The notes: generated by a model from the sequence alone, not told the origin. A stretch of DNA of 64,000 nucleotides from Candidatus Latescibacterota bacterium (GCA_963791045.1 CAWBQK010000007.1:1-64000); one strand, 5' to 3'; numbered from the stretch's first letter, positions 40,568 through 51,951 are shown. Numbers and translations are program-made.

Positions 40568-41596
40568 CTACCCGTCGTATTTCGCGATGTATTCCTCGGC
40601 TTTTTCCACAAGCTCCTTGTTGCCCAGAAAAAGTGGTGTGCGCACGTGGAGTCCTTCGGGCTCGAGCTCGCGGAGCGGCCCGCGTCCCGTCGACGCGTAC
40701 CCGCCAGCTTGTTCGATAACAAACGCCATCGGGTTGGCCTCGTAGAGGAGCCGCAGTTTGCCGTGAGGTTTCTTGGGGTCTCTTGTATCCGCCGGGTAGT
40801 AGAACACTCCGCCGGCTAGAAGCGTGCGGTGGATATCGGCGACCATCGAACCGATGTATCTGAGCGAGTGCGACCGCGGCGCGCCCTCTTCCCCCTGGAG
40901 CCACCTCGTGTAGCGTTGAATCCCCTCCGTCCAATACTTTTCGTATCCCTGGTTTACGCTGTAATACTTGGGCGTTTCGGGGAGCCGGATGTCCGGGTGG
41001 GAAAGGAGGAACTCACCGATGCTCGGATCGAGCGTAAAACCGTTAACTCCGTGTCCCGCCGTATAGACGAGCATTGTGCTCGATCCGTACACCATGTACC
41101 CGCCGGCGACGATTTCCGAACCCTTCTGCAGGACGTCTTCTATCGTTCCGCGGCCGGACTTGGATTTGCGCTTGTAGATGGCGAAGATCGTGCCCACCGA
41201 GACATTGAAGTCGATATTCGAAGACCCATCGAGCGGGTCGAACAAAAGAACATAATTGCCCGTCTTGTGTTTGTCCGGAATCGGCATGATATCGTCTTCT
41301 TCTTCCGAAGCCATAACGGCGAGACGTTCGGTGTGGTTGTTGAGTTGAAAGATCGTGTTCTGCGCGTAGAGGTCGAGCTTCTGGACTTCTTCGTCCTGGA
41401 CGTTCGTATGTCCCGCCGCCCCGAGTATATCGGCGAGCCCCGCCCGGGTCGTCCGACTGGCGATGAGCTTGCCCGCAAGGGCGAGATCGTAGAGGAGCTG
41501 AGTGAGGGCTCCGCTCGCGTCGGGAAATTTCTCCTGGGCGTTGAGGATGTGTCGTTCGATTGTGATCACGTTGTGGTTGGCCGGTATCGATGGCAT
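40568..41596 (-). CDS. fbp: Fructose-1,6-bisphosphatase class 1
   Basis: [46 protein letters not shown]. Confidence 0.98.
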   Translation of the reverse strand: MPSIPANHNVITIERHILNAQEKFPDASGALTQLLYDLALAGKLIASRTTRAGLADILGAAGHTNVQDEEVQKLDLYAQNTIFQLNNHTERLAVMASEEEDDIMPIPDKHKTGNYVLLFDPLDGSSNIDFNVSVGTIFAIYKRKSKSGRGTIEDVLQKGSEIVAGGYMVYGSSTMLVYTAGHGVNGFTLDPSIGEFLLSHPDIRLPETPKYYSVNQGYEKYWTEGIQRYTRWLQGEEGAPRSHSLRYIGSMVADIHRTLLAGGVFYYPADTRDPKKPHGKLRLLYEANPMAFVIEQAGGYASTGRGPLRELEPEGLHVRTPLFLGNKELVEKAEEYIAKYDG

Positions 41597-41714
41597 CTGC
41601 TCGTTCCTCCGAATTTTTGCTGAAATCAGGTGTCGGGCGACGGTGGCGCAAAGGGGATTTTACACGCTCTTGTTGGGTCGTGCACGCGAATTCTTTTCTT
41701 CTGTATGTTTTGGG

Positions 41715-41743
41715 TTGAAACCCGAACCTTCTGCCGTTAAAAT
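41715..41743 (+). promoter_or_regulatory. Sigma-70 promoter of the ABC operon
   Basis: TTGAAA-N17-TAAAAT. Confidence 0.55.
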
Positions 41744-41894
41744 AATTGCCCGTCACGCAGCCCATCTCAAGCCAAGGCCGAACAGTGTGGAACACTTGGG
41801 GTGGTTTTTTGTATAAAACCGACGAATCGAAACGGGGGTCCGTGCCGAGCGCAGGATTCCACTGCTTTGATCCGACGAATCAGCGAGGTTTCCA

Positions 41895-42677
41895 ATGGGG
41901 GACACACCCAAAAAGCCAATGATCGAGGCCTCGGGGCTCTCGAAATATTACGGCCCTTTTGTGGCGATCAAGGATGTCACTTTTTCGATTCCGCAGGGCC
42001 AGATCGTCGCGTTCCTCGGCCCGAATGGGGCGGGTAAATCGACGACGATGAAAATTCTCAGCGGTTTTCTCGCGCCAAGCGAAGGTAAGGCGCTAATCGC
42101 CGGGCACGATGTCCACAAGAACCGGCTTGCCGCGGCGAGACGCCTCGGGTACCTTCCCGAGAACGGACCGCTTTACAACGACATGACACCGCTCGCGCTG
42201 CTCGAGTTCTTTGGCGAGGCGCGTTGTCTTGAGCCGCGACTCCGCGGCGAAAGGATCGATGTCGTCGTCGAGCAGTGCGCGATACGCGAAGTGCTCGAAA
42301 AACCGATAGGCAAACTCTCCAGGGGATACCGGCAGCGTGTCGGTCTCGCGCAGGCGCTTCTCCACGATCCCGACGTCCTTATAATGGATGAACCCACCGC
42401 GGGGCTCGATCCCAATCAGATTCGCGATTTCAGACAGAACATTAAGGTGTTGGGGATGACCAAGACCATTCTGATTTCGACACACATTCTCCAGGAAGTG
42501 GTCGCGGTGGGCGAGCGTGTGCTCATGATTCACGATGGCAAGTTGATCTTTGACGGTCCGCCGGCCGATCTCGAGAAGGATGGATCGCTTGAGGAACCGT
42601 TTTACCGGATGACCAACTTTGGCAAACCCAGCGCGCAGGCTGCTGGTAGCGAGATTCAAAATGAACGGCAAGATTAA
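41895..42677 (+). CDS. ABC transporter ATP-binding protein (GldA-like)
   Basis: GPNGAGKST, LSRGYRQR, MDEPTAGLDP, STH. Confidence 0.95.
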   Translation: MGDTPKKPMIEASGLSKYYGPFVAIKDVTFSIPQGQIVAFLGPNGAGKSTTMKILSGFLAPSEGKALIAGHDVHKNRLAAARRLGYLPENGPLYNDMTPLALLEFFGEARCLEPRLRGERIDVVVEQCAIREVLEKPIGKLSRGYRQRVGLAQALLHDPDVLIMDEPTAGLDPNQIRDFRQNIKVLGMTKTILISTHILQEVVAVGERVLMIHDGKLIFDGPPADLEKDGSLEEPFYRMTNFGKPSAQAAGSEIQNERQD

Positions 42678-45333
42678 TTTCTCGATTGTAAAAGCACTGT
42701 GCAAACGCGATCTCCGTCTGTATTTCAGCAATCCGACGGGTTACGTTTTCATAACACTGTTTATTTTTCTCAGCGCCGCCGCGGCGTTTTGGCAAGAACG
42801 GTTTTTCCTCAACAACCTCGCCAATCTCGAACAGTTGAACGTGGCCTTTCCGTTCCTTCTGATGTTCTTCGTTCCCGCGATCACGATGGGCGTGTGGGCC
42901 GACGAACGCAAGCAGGGGACGGACGAACTCCTGCTGACGCTGCCCGCCACGGATTTTGAAATTGCGATGGGGAAGTATCTCTCGACGCTCGGGATTTACA
43001 CGGCGGCTCTCGCGCTGTCGCTCAGCCATCTCGTGGTGCTTTTCTGGCTGGGGAACCCCGATCCGGGTCTCATGTTCGCGAACTATCTCGGGTACTGGTT
43101 GATCGGCGCGGCATTTATCTCGCTGGGAATGCTCGCGTCTCTTCTGAGTCCGAACGCGACGATCGCATTTATCCTCGGCACCATTTTCTGCGCGATCTTC
43201 GTGTACCTCGGCACCGTGATGACGCTCGGCGGTCCTCGGGCGGAAGAGGCGGCCTTGTCGCTCACCGTGTGGGAGTTCTTTGGCGACTTTTCCCGCGGAG
43301 TGGTAAGTCTCTCCGGGCTTCTTTATTTTGCATCGGTGACTTCTCTAGCGTTGTATCTGAACGTGATTCTCCTCGGTCGCCGCAACTGGCCTCAGGAGGC
43401 GGATGGCTACAAGATGTGGGTTCATCAGACGGTACGCGCCGTTGCCCTCGTTGTTGCGGTGATCGCGTTCAACGCCCTGGTCAACCGCGTGAGTCTTCGT
43501 GTCGATTTCACGGCCGAGAAACTCCACTCGCTTTCAGTTGAAACAAAACATCTTATCAAAGAGATCCCCGACGATCGCCCCGTGTTCGTACAGGCATACA
43601 TCAGTAAAAATGTTCCAAAGACATTCGTGCAGACGAGGGCGAACCTGTACGGTTTTCTGAAGGAAATCGATGCGCTGGCCGGAAGAAAGGTGCAGGTGTT
43701 GATACACGACACCGAGCCGTTCAGCAAGGAAGCGCTCGAAGCGCGCGAGAAATTCGGAATACTCCCGATGGAGGTTCCCATTGTCGCCGGCACCGTACAG
43801 AATTCCCAGATATTCATGGGGGTCGCCTTTACCTGCGGCGCGGAAGAGGACGTTATTCAGTTTTTTGACCGAGGACTCCCGGTCGAATACGAATTGGCCC
43901 GGAGCATTCGGGTTGTGGCGCGGACGCAGCGCAAAAAGATCGGCGTTTTGAACACCGCGGTCAAACTGTTCGGTGGTTTTGATTTCAATTCGTTCCAGAG
44001 TCAACCGGGATGGCCCGTGGTCGACGAACTGAGGAAACAATACGAAGTCGTACAGATTTCGGCGACCGAACCGATAACGGATGAACTCGACGGGATGATC
44101 GTTGCGCTGCCGTCGTCGCTTCCGCAGGCGGAGATGGACAATCTCCTCTCTTATATAAAGGCGGGTAACCCGGCGCTGCTCCTCGTCGATCCACTTCCCG
44201 TTAGCAACCTGTCGCTTGCGCCTTCCGAAGAATCCGGCGCGAACGTGAACCCGTTCATGAGGAACCGCGGGCCGCAGCCCGAGCCAAAAGGCGACATAAA
44301 CCGCTTAATGCGCGAACTCGGTGTGCAATGGCATATACAGCAGGTGATCTGGGATGCGTACAACCCGCACCCCGATCTTGCGAATCTTCCTCCCGAAGTG
44401 GTGTTCATTGGTGGGGGAAACAACAACCCAGAGTCCTTCAACCCGCGTTACACGGCGACGGCCGGACTCCAAGAACTCGTATTGTTATTCCCGGGAACAA
44501 TCGAACAGGCACCGAATTCGCCGTACAATTTTGAAAAACTCGTTCAAACGGGAGCGATGTCCGGAGCGGCTGCATTTCAACCAGCTTGTACAAAACATCA
44601 TTTTTTGGGTCCCAGCTCGTCACGCAGGGGCTTCCGCACTACCCACTGGCCAACGAATTTCCGGTTGCCGCGCATATCTTCGGCGCCGGGTGAAGATGTG
44701 GACACCACCGGCGCACCGAAGAAGTTCAACGTGGTCGTGGTTGCGGATCTCGATTTTATTTCGACACAGTTTTTTGAGATCAGGAAACGCGGTATCGAAG
44801 GGCTGAATTTCGACAACGTGTCGTTCTTCCTCAACTGTATCGATATGCTCGTCGGTGACGATTCTTTTATCGCGTTAAGACAGAGAAGGGTGAAACATCG
44901 CACGCTCGAGACGGTCGAGGCGAGGACGAGGGAGTTTATCGAACGCCGTGCATCCGAGGAACAGGAGGCGGAAATTGAGGCTCAACGAGCATTGGCGGAG
45001 GCGCAAAGGCGGCTCGACTCAAAAGTCAATGAAGTACGGAAGCGCACGGATCTCGACGAGCAGACAAAAAAAATCATGGAGCGGAATCTCCAGGAAGTCG
45101 AATCGCGCAGATTCGAAACGATGAAATCAAATATAAAAGCGGAAAAAAACGCAAAGGTTCAACGAAGCAAAGAGAACATGGAATCCCAGATACGCAGCAT
45201 TCAAAGCGACATCAAAATGCTTGCCGGTCTGGTTCCACCGATCCCGGTGTTCATGGTTGGAATAATGGTCTTTCTCAGCCGACGAAAACGTGAAAAAGAG
45301 GGCGCGGCGGCCGCCAGAAGGTTGAGGGGGTAG
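42661..45333 (+). CDS. GldF-like ABC-2 permease fused to a GldG-like domain (compensated frameshift near 44570-44680)
   Basis: YFSNPTGYVF, ADERKQGTDELLLTLP, GKY, RVDFTAEKLHSLS, EYELARSI, VVADLDF, coiled coil and C-terminal TM. Confidence 0.9.
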   Translation: MNGKINFSIVKALCKRDLRLYFSNPTGYVFITLFIFLSAAAAFWQERFFLNNLANLEQLNVAFPFLLMFFVPAITMGVWADERKQGTDELLLTLPATDFEIAMGKYLSTLGIYTAALALSLSHLVVLFWLGNPDPGLMFANYLGYWLIGAAFISLGMLASLLSPNATIAFILGTIFCAIFVYLGTVMTLGGPRAEEAALSLTVWEFFGDFSRGVVSLSGLLYFASVTSLALYLNVILLGRRNWPQEADGYKMWVHQTVRAVALVVAVIAFNALVNRVSLRVDFTAEKLHSLSVETKHLIKEIPDDRPVFVQAYISKNVPKTFVQTRANLYGFLKEIDALAGRKVQVLIHDTEPFSKEALEAREKFGILPMEVPIVAGTVQNSQIFMGVAFTCGAEEDVIQFFDRGLPVEYELARSIRVVARTQRKKIGVLNTAVKLFGGFDFNSFQSQPGWPVVDELRKQYEVVQISATEPITDELDGMIVALPSSLPQAEMDNLLSYIKAGNPALLLVDPLPVSNLSLAPSEESGANVNPFMRNRGPQPEPKGDINRLMRELGVQWHIQQVIWDAYNPHPDLANLPPEVVFIGGGNNNPESFNPRYTATAGLQELVLLFPGTIEQAPNSPYNFEKLVQTGAMSGAAAFQPACTKHHFLGPSSSRRGFRTTHWPTNFRLPRISSAPGEDVDTTGAPKKFNVVVVADLDFISTQFFEIRKRGIEGLNFDNVSFFLNCIDMLVGDDSFIALRQRRVKHRTLETVEARTREFIERRASEEQEAEIEAQRALAEAQRRLDSKVNEVRKRTDLDEQTKKIMERNLQEVESRRFETMKSNIKAEKNAKVQRSKENMESQIRSIQSDIKMLAGLVPPIPVFMVGIMVFLSRRKREKEGAAAARRLRG

Positions 45334-45335
45334 TC

Positions 45336-46713
45336 ATGAGTGAAATCAGGAGAAACATTATTTTCTGTGCCGTGGCGGTTGTGCTGGTCGTCCTGGCTGT
45401 GTTTTCGACGTCACCAAAAGATAACACCGGACGCGTTTCTCGATCAGGGTGATTCCTTTTTTCCCGACTTCACCGATCCCAATGCTGGCCCGGACGCTCG
45501 AGGTGATCAATTATGATGAGAGACCGGGTTCGGCAAAGCCATTCAAGGTGACTTTTAAGGGACGGGATCTGGACGATTCCGTCGCATCATGACTATCCGG
45601 CGGATGGGAAGGATCGTCTGGCGCAGACCGCGGCGGGGATCATCGGGATCAAGAAGGATGACTATCGTTCGGACAACGCGGCCGATCATGAAGCGTGCGG
45701 TGTAGTCGATCCGCTCGACGAAAACACGTTGAATCTCAAGGGCGCGGTCAGCGCGTAACCATCAAGGGCGAGAACGATGTGATTCTTGCCGATCTGATCG
45801 TTGGGTTGCCTGTCGAAGGCAGGGAAAACATGCGTTTCGTCCGGGTGCCGGGTCAGAAACGTGTTTACGCGTCTCTGATGGATCTCGATATATCGACAAC
45901 GTTCGGTGATTGGATCTTTACGGATCTTCTCGAGGTCAACAAAGACGACATCGAGAACTGGTTCTCAAGGACTACTCGATCAACGAGAGGACGGGGAAAG
46001 TTGAGGACCGCGACGTTATCGTTCTCGAGAAGCACGGAGACTGGACGACGCCGGGGATGAAAAGTGATGAGGAGATCGACAAGGCGACCATCGACGCCGT
46101 GCTTGGCGCGCTCGATGAACTCGCCATCGTGGGGGTTCGCCCCAAGCCGGAGGGGCTGTCGGCGGCGTTGACAATTCGGTCGGACAGCCTGTCGTTCAAC
46201 AGGTCGGATATGATGTCGCTCCAGAGCAAAGGGTACTTTTTCTCGCGGGACGGGAGGCTGCTTTCAAACGAGGGCGAGATTCAGGCGCGGTCGGTCGACG
46301 GGTTGGTTTACACGCTTCGTTTTGGAGAGATTGTCTACGGCTCGGGACTTGCCGTCACGGCGGGCACGAACGCCGGCGCGCCCGCGGGCACAGAGACGGG
46401 GGAGAACCGATACCTGTTTGCAACCGTCAGTTTTGACAAGTCGATATTTCCCGAGCCGGTTCAACCGGCGAACGTGGATTTCCGCTCGAAGGCGGACAGC
46501 TTGTGGACGAACGACGACCGGCTGAACAAGTCGCTCGACGACGCTTATCGCCAGTGGGCGGATAAGTACAACCAAAGCCAAACGCGGGCGTCCGAGCTCA
46601 ACGCGAGATTCGCCAAGTGGTATTACGTGATTTCGTCCGCGAGTTTCGAAAAACTGCGACCGCCGAGGTCCGATCTCGTCAAAAAGATCGAAGTGAAGAA
46701 TACGGAAGGTTGA
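45336..46713 (+). CDS. DUF4340-type accessory protein (several indels)
   Basis: ATG just after the GldFG stop, N-terminal TM, FFPDFTDP, WTIPSHHDYPAD, LADLIVG...FVRVPGQKRVY, YTLRFGE, LNARFAKWYYVIS in successive frames. Confidence 0.75.
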
Positions 46714-46722
46714 TCGTTCCGG

Positions 46723-48177
46723 TTACTTGATATAGCCGAGCGAACGAAGCTGTTCGAGCCGTTCGTTCTGGTCGATTGCGTCGCGGACCCTCTTGCCGCG
46801 CTCCGCCAACCACTCCTCAGTGTCGTGCGTGGGAACGTACTGTAGTCCCGACTTTTCCATCCAGTCCATATCTATGACTCCGCGGAGCGGCGCCCCGTCC
46901 ATGTCCTCACCGATAGGAATGCCTTTCAACGTCAGAATAGTGGGAAGCAGGTCGAGAACGCTCCCCAAAGTCGGGAGGTCGGACAGGTTGATCTCGGCGC
47001 CCGGGCTTGACCTGAAGCGATCGCCCGCGGCGATGATGATGCCTGGTGGGGCATCGAGGTGATGTGCTGAATTCGTGTACAGAGGCGGATCGTCCTTATT
47101 GAATACGCGTTGTTCGTTTATCGTATGCATGCCGTGATCCGACACGACGAGAACCTCGGTGTTTTCCGGCGCGAGATCGAGTATCTCGCCGATGATCCGG
47201 TCGACATAGATATAGTGATCGGCGACGACCTTTCCGAAGTTCTCGATTTGTTTGTCGTCGGGCGGGTTGGTGAAATCTTCAGGGTACGCATACATCCAAA
47301 AACGGTGCCCGGCGACGTCGGGCCCGCCGAGATACAACGCCAGAAGATCGAAATTTGTCTTCGTTTCAATTATGTCTTTGGCGACCCGCACATAGGTTGC
47401 GTCCGCCCTGAACGCCCACTGTGCCTGGTCCCACATCAACTGGCTGAAACCGTCCAGGGGATACGGCGGTTGTCCGAATATTCCGTCGGTGATTGTATCC
47501 AGGTTCTGGTCGACGGTCTCGAGCAGCCCCATCACGTGGTTTTGCATTTCGGGCGGATACACCTGGTCCTCGACGCCTTTCAACAGCGCGCCCTTCCACA
47601 GCGCGCGCTGCGGATTTCGCAGAACTCCCGTCGTATTTGTCTGCGTTACCATAATGCCGTTTATTGCTTCGGCGGGGTATGTCATCCACCACCCAATGCA
47701 ATGAACATCGAGGTTGTAGTCGCTAAGAATGTTCCAGAACGCTTTCGTTTTTCTGTGTCCGCTGGTGTAGTACCTGTATTCCTTTCCGCCGCGGACCCGC
47801 TGTTCGTAAACAAAATGCAGAATTCCGTGTTTTTGCGGTATCTTTCCCGTCGCGACCGACGTCCATATCACTGCGGAGAATGTCGGCTGCATTGACTGGA
47901 GGTATCCGTAGACACCGCGTTTCATCAGCCCTTCCATGTTTGGGAGCTTGCCGTCGGCGATGAGCGGTTTCATCACTTCCCATTCCATGCCGTCCACAGC
48001 GAATAGGATCAGTGGGGTTCGTTTCGTTTTCGGCTCGGTTTTCTTCGGTTTTGAGCAGCCCGCCAGTGCGATAACGGCGGTCAAGAATGCGAACAAAAGA
48101 ACAAACGTCCCGGCGGTTCGAATGTGGGTTGTGATTGTGTTTTTATGCGGTGTCTGGAATGCAGCTCTGGTGGTCAT
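46723..48177 (-). CDS. Alkaline phosphatase superfamily (nucleotide pyrophosphatase/phosphodiesterase-like) exported enzyme, possibly a lipoprotein
   Basis: LAGC after a hydrophobic stretch; VDG, PTFSAVIWTSVATG (Ser nucleophile), DVAGH, SDHG, C-terminal LRSLGYI. Confidence 0.88.
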   Translation of the reverse strand: MTTRAAFQTPHKNTITTHIRTAGTFVLLFAFLTAVIALAGCSKPKKTEPKTKRTPLILFAVDGMEWEVMKPLIADGKLPNMEGLMKRGVYGYLQSMQPTFSAVIWTSVATGKIPQKHGILHFVYEQRVRGGKEYRYYTSGHRKTKAFWNILSDYNLDVHCIGWWMTYPAEAINGIMVTQTNTTGVLRNPQRALWKGALLKGVEDQVYPPEMQNHVMGLLETVDQNLDTITDGIFGQPPYPLDGFSQLMWDQAQWAFRADATYVRVAKDIIETKTNFDLLALYLGGPDVAGHRFWMYAYPEDFTNPPDDKQIENFGKVVADHYIYVDRIIGEILDLAPENTEVLVVSDHGMHTINEQRVFNKDDPPLYTNSAHHLDAPPGIIIAAGDRFRSSPGAEINLSDLPTLGSVLDLLPTILTLKGIPIGEDMDGAPLRGVIDMDWMEKSGLQYVPTHDTEEWLAERGKRVRDAIDQNERLEQLRSLGYIK

Positions 48178-48412
48178 GATGAACTCTCGATTGTTGTCCG
48201 GTTGAGCGATGAGTTTCTCGAATGTGTCTTGAAACCAATCATACGCCCGCGAGATTGATCTGTCCAGGGATTGCGGCGTCAGGAGTCCGCGCCGGCGGGG
48301 GGCGGTTTGTCCGTGGTGATGGACAATACCCCCGGTCGCGTGGTATTTTTTGTTGATCAAAAATGCAAATCGTCAATGGACGCCGGGAATCCGCAAAGGA
48401 GATAACAGGCCA

Positions 48413-49549
48413 ATGTCGCCAATTCAATCATTTGAACCGCCGCAAAGAACACTCATGGGACCTGGGCCGTCGGACGTGCATCCCCGTGTGCTCGAAGCCA
48501 TGGCGCGACCGACCATCGGGCATCTGGACCCCGAGTTCGTGAGACTGATGGATGAATTGAAGATTCTCGTTCAGCACACCTTCCTTACCGAAAACGAAAT
48601 GACTATGGTGGTGTCGGGGCCCGGATCGGTGGGTATGGAAACCTGTTTCGTGAATCTTGTTGAGCCGGGCGACAAGGTTGTCGTTTGCAGGAACGGGGTT
48701 TTTGGCGGAAGGATGATTGAAAATGTAGAGAGGTTCGGTGGAACCGCTGTTGTTGTCGACGATGAATGGGGAAGGGCTGTGGATCCCGCGGGGCTCGAAG
48801 AAGCGCTCGTTGCGAATCCCGACGCGAAGTTCGTCGCGTTTGTTCATGCCGAGACATCCACTGGCGCGCTCTGTGATGCGAAGACGCTGATCGAATTGGC
48901 GCACAAACACGGCTGCCTCACGATAGTCGACACCGTCACATCGCTCGGCGGCGTCCCCGTCAAAATCGATGAATGGGGGGCCGACGCCGTTTACTCGGGG
49001 AGCCAGAAGTGCTTGTCGTGCGCCCCGGGCCTCGCGCCGATCACCTTCAACGACCGCGCGATGGCAGTCGTCACGGAGCGCGAATCGAAGATTTCGAGCT
49101 GGTTCATGGATCTCAATCTCGTTCTGACGTATTGGGGCAGCCACGCGAAACGAGCCTACCACCACACCGCCCCCGTAAACGCGCTTTACGGTCTTCACGA
49201 AGCCCTGTTGATGCTCGAAGAAGAAGGCCTGGAGAACGCATGGGCGCGTCATCTCGACAATCATCACAGGTTGCGTGCCGGCCTCGAATCGATCGGGCTC
49301 GGATTTATCGTCCCGGAGAACGAGCGGATACCGCAACTGAATGCCGTAACCATTCCCGAGGGTGCGGACGATGCTGTTGTTCGCTCGCGACTTCTCGGCG
49401 AATTCGGTCTTGAGATCGGAGCGGGCCTCGGTCCACTCGCGGGAAAAATCTGGCGGATTGGATTGATGGGACATTCGTCAAACGAAAGAAATGTAGATTA
49501 TTGTGTCGAGATTCTGGGCGCCGTTCTCGATCAAAGCCGAAGGGGGTAG
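48413..49549 (+). CDS. Class V PLP aminotransferase (alanine-glyoxylate/serine-pyruvate type)
   Basis: LMGPGPS, VHAETSTG, VDTVTSLGG, SGSQK, YHHTAP, WRIGLMG. Confidence 0.95.
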   Translation: MSPIQSFEPPQRTLMGPGPSDVHPRVLEAMARPTIGHLDPEFVRLMDELKILVQHTFLTENEMTMVVSGPGSVGMETCFVNLVEPGDKVVVCRNGVFGGRMIENVERFGGTAVVVDDEWGRAVDPAGLEEALVANPDAKFVAFVHAETSTGALCDAKTLIELAHKHGCLTIVDTVTSLGGVPVKIDEWGADAVYSGSQKCLSCAPGLAPITFNDRAMAVVTERESKISSWFMDLNLVLTYWGSHAKRAYHHTAPVNALYGLHEALLMLEEEGLENAWARHLDNHHRLRAGLESIGLGFIVPENERIPQLNAVTIPEGADDAVVRSRLLGEFGLEIGAGLGPLAGKIWRIGLMGHSSNERNVDYCVEILGAVLDQSRRG

Positions 49550-49552
49550 CCG

Positions 49553-50494
49553 ATGAAAACGCCGGTTTCGTTTGTTTCAATTTGTGTCGTTGCGGCCGTG
49601 TTGTGGTCGACGCTCGCGGGATGTGGGGGCGGCGGAGACGCCGACGACCCGGCGACGGCGGCGTATGTCGAGGAGATCGAAACGTGGCGAACCGAGCGGG
49701 TCGAAGGGCTGACGCGTTCGGGCGGGTGGCTGACGTTGGCCGGCCTTCACTGGCTCGACGAGGGAGAGAACAGTTTTGGGTCGGATCCATCGAATGATGT
49801 CGTTTTCCCCGAAGGCAAGGCCCCGGCGGTCATGGGAACGCTCGTGCTCAACGATGGCGCCCTTCGGATGGTTCTCCAGGGCGGTATCGAAGTGACATCG
49901 AACGGGCACCCCGTGGGCTCAATGGTTCTTTATCACGACGGAGACGAAGAACACGAGGCGACGATGCTTGCCCACGGTTCGCTGTCCTGGTATGCGATCA
50001 AACGAGGCGAACGAATCGGGATTCGTGTGAAGGACAGCGAAAGCAAGGATCTCGTGGAATTCAAGGGAATCGACAATTACTCCGTTGACCCGGCTTTGCG
50101 GATCGAAGGTGTTCTCGAACCACGCGAATCGGGCGACACGATAGAAATTACCAATGTTCTCGGCGCCGTTTCACAGGAACGATCCCCGGGCACGCTGGTT
50201 TTTGAAATAGACGGGCAGAAGTTGGGACTCGACGGAATCGCCTATGATGAAGACGATGACCTCTTTGTCGTGTTTGGCGACAGGTCGAACGGCAAGGAAA
50301 CGTACGGCGGAGGACGTTTTCTCGTCGTCGAGCGCCCCGGCGACGACGGCAAGGTCGTTATTGATTTCAACAAGGCATACAATCCTCCCTGCGCGTTTAC
50401 AAAATATGCGACCTGCCCGCTTCCGCCCGAGCAGAACGTTTTGCCCGTTGCGATCCGCGCGGGGGAAAAAACATACAAAAAACCGGGACACTGA
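49553..50494 (+). CDS. DUF1684-family lipoprotein
   Basis: LAGC lipobox; GWLTLAGLHWL, FGDRSNGKETYGGGRFL, DFNKAYNPPCAFTKYATCPLPP. Confidence 0.93.
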   Translation: MKTPVSFVSICVVAAVLWSTLAGCGGGGDADDPATAAYVEEIETWRTERVEGLTRSGGWLTLAGLHWLDEGENSFGSDPSNDVVFPEGKAPAVMGTLVLNDGALRMVLQGGIEVTSNGHPVGSMVLYHDGDEEHEATMLAHGSLSWYAIKRGERIGIRVKDSESKDLVEFKGIDNYSVDPALRIEGVLEPRESGDTIEITNVLGAVSQERSPGTLVFEIDGQKLGLDGIAYDEDDDLFVVFGDRSNGKETYGGGRFLVVERPGDDGKVVIDFNKAYNPPCAFTKYATCPLPPEQNVLPVAIRAGEKTYKKPGH

Positions 50495-50516
50495 TTCGCG
50501 GTGTCCCGGTCTTTTT
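50477..50516. terminator. Bidirectional intrinsic terminator
   Basis: A6, ACCGGGACAC/GTGTCCCGGT stem and T5 between convergent genes. Confidence 0.85.
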
Positions 50517-50550
50517 CAAACCGGATTATATGCGTTTGAGCGTTTCCCGG

Positions 50551-50856
50551 TTACAGTCCCAGTTCCTTCTTCTTCTCTTCGGCCCCGGGGAACGGATCTT
50601 CTTTCTCGGTAATTACCGGAAGCCCTGGTGCCTTATCCGCGTTGATTTCGATCCACTTCTTCTGATCTTCGGGCACTTCGTCTTCGGGGTAGATAGCCTC
50701 AACGGGGCACTCGGGTACGCAAGCGCCGCAGTCGATGCATTCGTCCGGATCGATGTACACCATCTCTTCATCCGCGTGGAAGCAATCAACGGGACAAACT
50801 ACGACGCAATCGGTGAAACGGCATTTGTGGCAGTTTTCCGTTACAACGTAGGCCAT
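50551..50856 (-). CDS. fdxA: 7Fe-type (FdxA family) ferredoxin
   Basis: [48 protein letters not shown]-terminal WIEINA extension. Confidence 0.95.
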   Translation of the reverse strand: MAYVVTENCHKCRFTDCVVVCPVDCFHADEEMVYIDPDECIDCGACVPECPVEAIYPEDEVPEDQKKWIEINADKAPGLPVITEKEDPFPGAEEKKKELGL

Positions 50857-50922
50857 CTCGCACTACTCCTTGTTAATGAATCGTACTCATGTTTTGCCGT
50901 CGGATAACGGCTTGATCCAAAG

Positions 50923-50951
50923 ACTTTACGACCGTTGCCGATTCAGGTCAA
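50923..50951 (-). promoter_or_regulatory. Sigma-70 promoter of the ferredoxin gene
   Basis: TTGACC-N17-TAAAGT on the minus strand. Confidence 0.55.
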
Positions 50952-51180
50952 GTATGAACCGAAGGCAATGATCGCATCGGTGCGGTGCGTGAAAAGGTGG
51001 ATAATCTTGACACGGATGGGGCCAAATCTGGTATGATCGGCGTTGTGATCCGTCCGGCTCGATTTCCTTGTGGGGTGGATGGGATCCGCGGTTCGAAACC
51101 TCGAACAATTGCTACAGGTTTATATGGGCGCTTGCGTTCGAACGCCCCGCGGGAGCCGGAATTCCGCGGGTTGGAGCGCG

Positions 51181-51193
51181 TAAGTGCTTGATA
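51181..51193. promoter_or_regulatory. IHF-like site upstream of the por operon
   Basis: TAAGTGCTTGATA is the reverse complement of a WATCAA-N4-TTR match. Confidence 0.4.
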
Positions 51194-51363
51194 AAAATGG
51201 CGGACGCCAATGCTGTTGGGGCGGGTACGTCCGCGACGCGGATACAGGACGTTTATATAGTGTGATACAAATCGATAGAGGCCGTCTGCTGACCGCCGGA
51301 ACCGACTTTTAGCGACGGCTGGTAACCGAGGAGCAATCCTCAAATAACTTGGAGGTCCGTACG

Positions 51364-51936
51364 GTGCTCGAGATTCGAATACATGGGAGGGGAGGTCAGG
51401 GCGCCGTGATCGCGTCCAAGGTTCTCGCCGCCGCTTTTTTTGAAGAGGGGCATTTCGTTCAGGCGTTTCCCGCTTTCGGAGTGGAACGCAGAGGGGCCCC
51501 GGTAATGGCTTTCATCCGCACCGACGTAGCGCCGGTTCGGCTTCGTTGTAATGTTTACCACCCTCACCATTTGATTGTTCTCGATCAGGCGCTTGTTGAG
51601 ACCATCGACATTACCGAGGGTTTCAGGGAGGATGGGTGGATTCTTCTCAATACTCATCGCAAGCCCGAAGAATTTGCGTATTCAAAGAAATACAAAGTGG
51701 CGACCGTGGATGCCAATGACATTGCCGTCCGCCACCGTCTTGGTAGCCGCGCGACCCCGATCGTCAATACGGCGATTCTCGGCGCTTTTGCCCGTTGTAC
51801 GGGTCTGGTCGATATCGAATCGGTTGTCAAGGTTATCGCCGCGGCCGTGCCGCTGAACGTGGACGGCAACAAGCAGGCGGCAAGGGATGCGTTTGAAGAA
51901 ACGACACTGTTCAACCCCGAACTGCAGACGCGTTAG
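51364..51936 (+). CDS. porC: 2-oxoacid:ferredoxin oxidoreductase gamma subunit
   Basis: EIRIHGRGGQG, FPAFGVERRGAP, IVNTAILGA; GGAGG RBS before GTG. Confidence 0.94.
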   Translation: MLEIRIHGRGGQGAVIASKVLAAAFFEEGHFVQAFPAFGVERRGAPVMAFIRTDVAPVRLRCNVYHPHHLIVLDQALVETIDITEGFREDGWILLNTHRKPEEFAYSKKYKVATVDANDIAVRHRLGSRATPIVNTAILGAFARCTGLVDIESVVKVIAAAVPLNVDGNKQAARDAFEETTLFNPELQTR

Positions 51937-51951
51937 GAGGAAGGGGGTACG

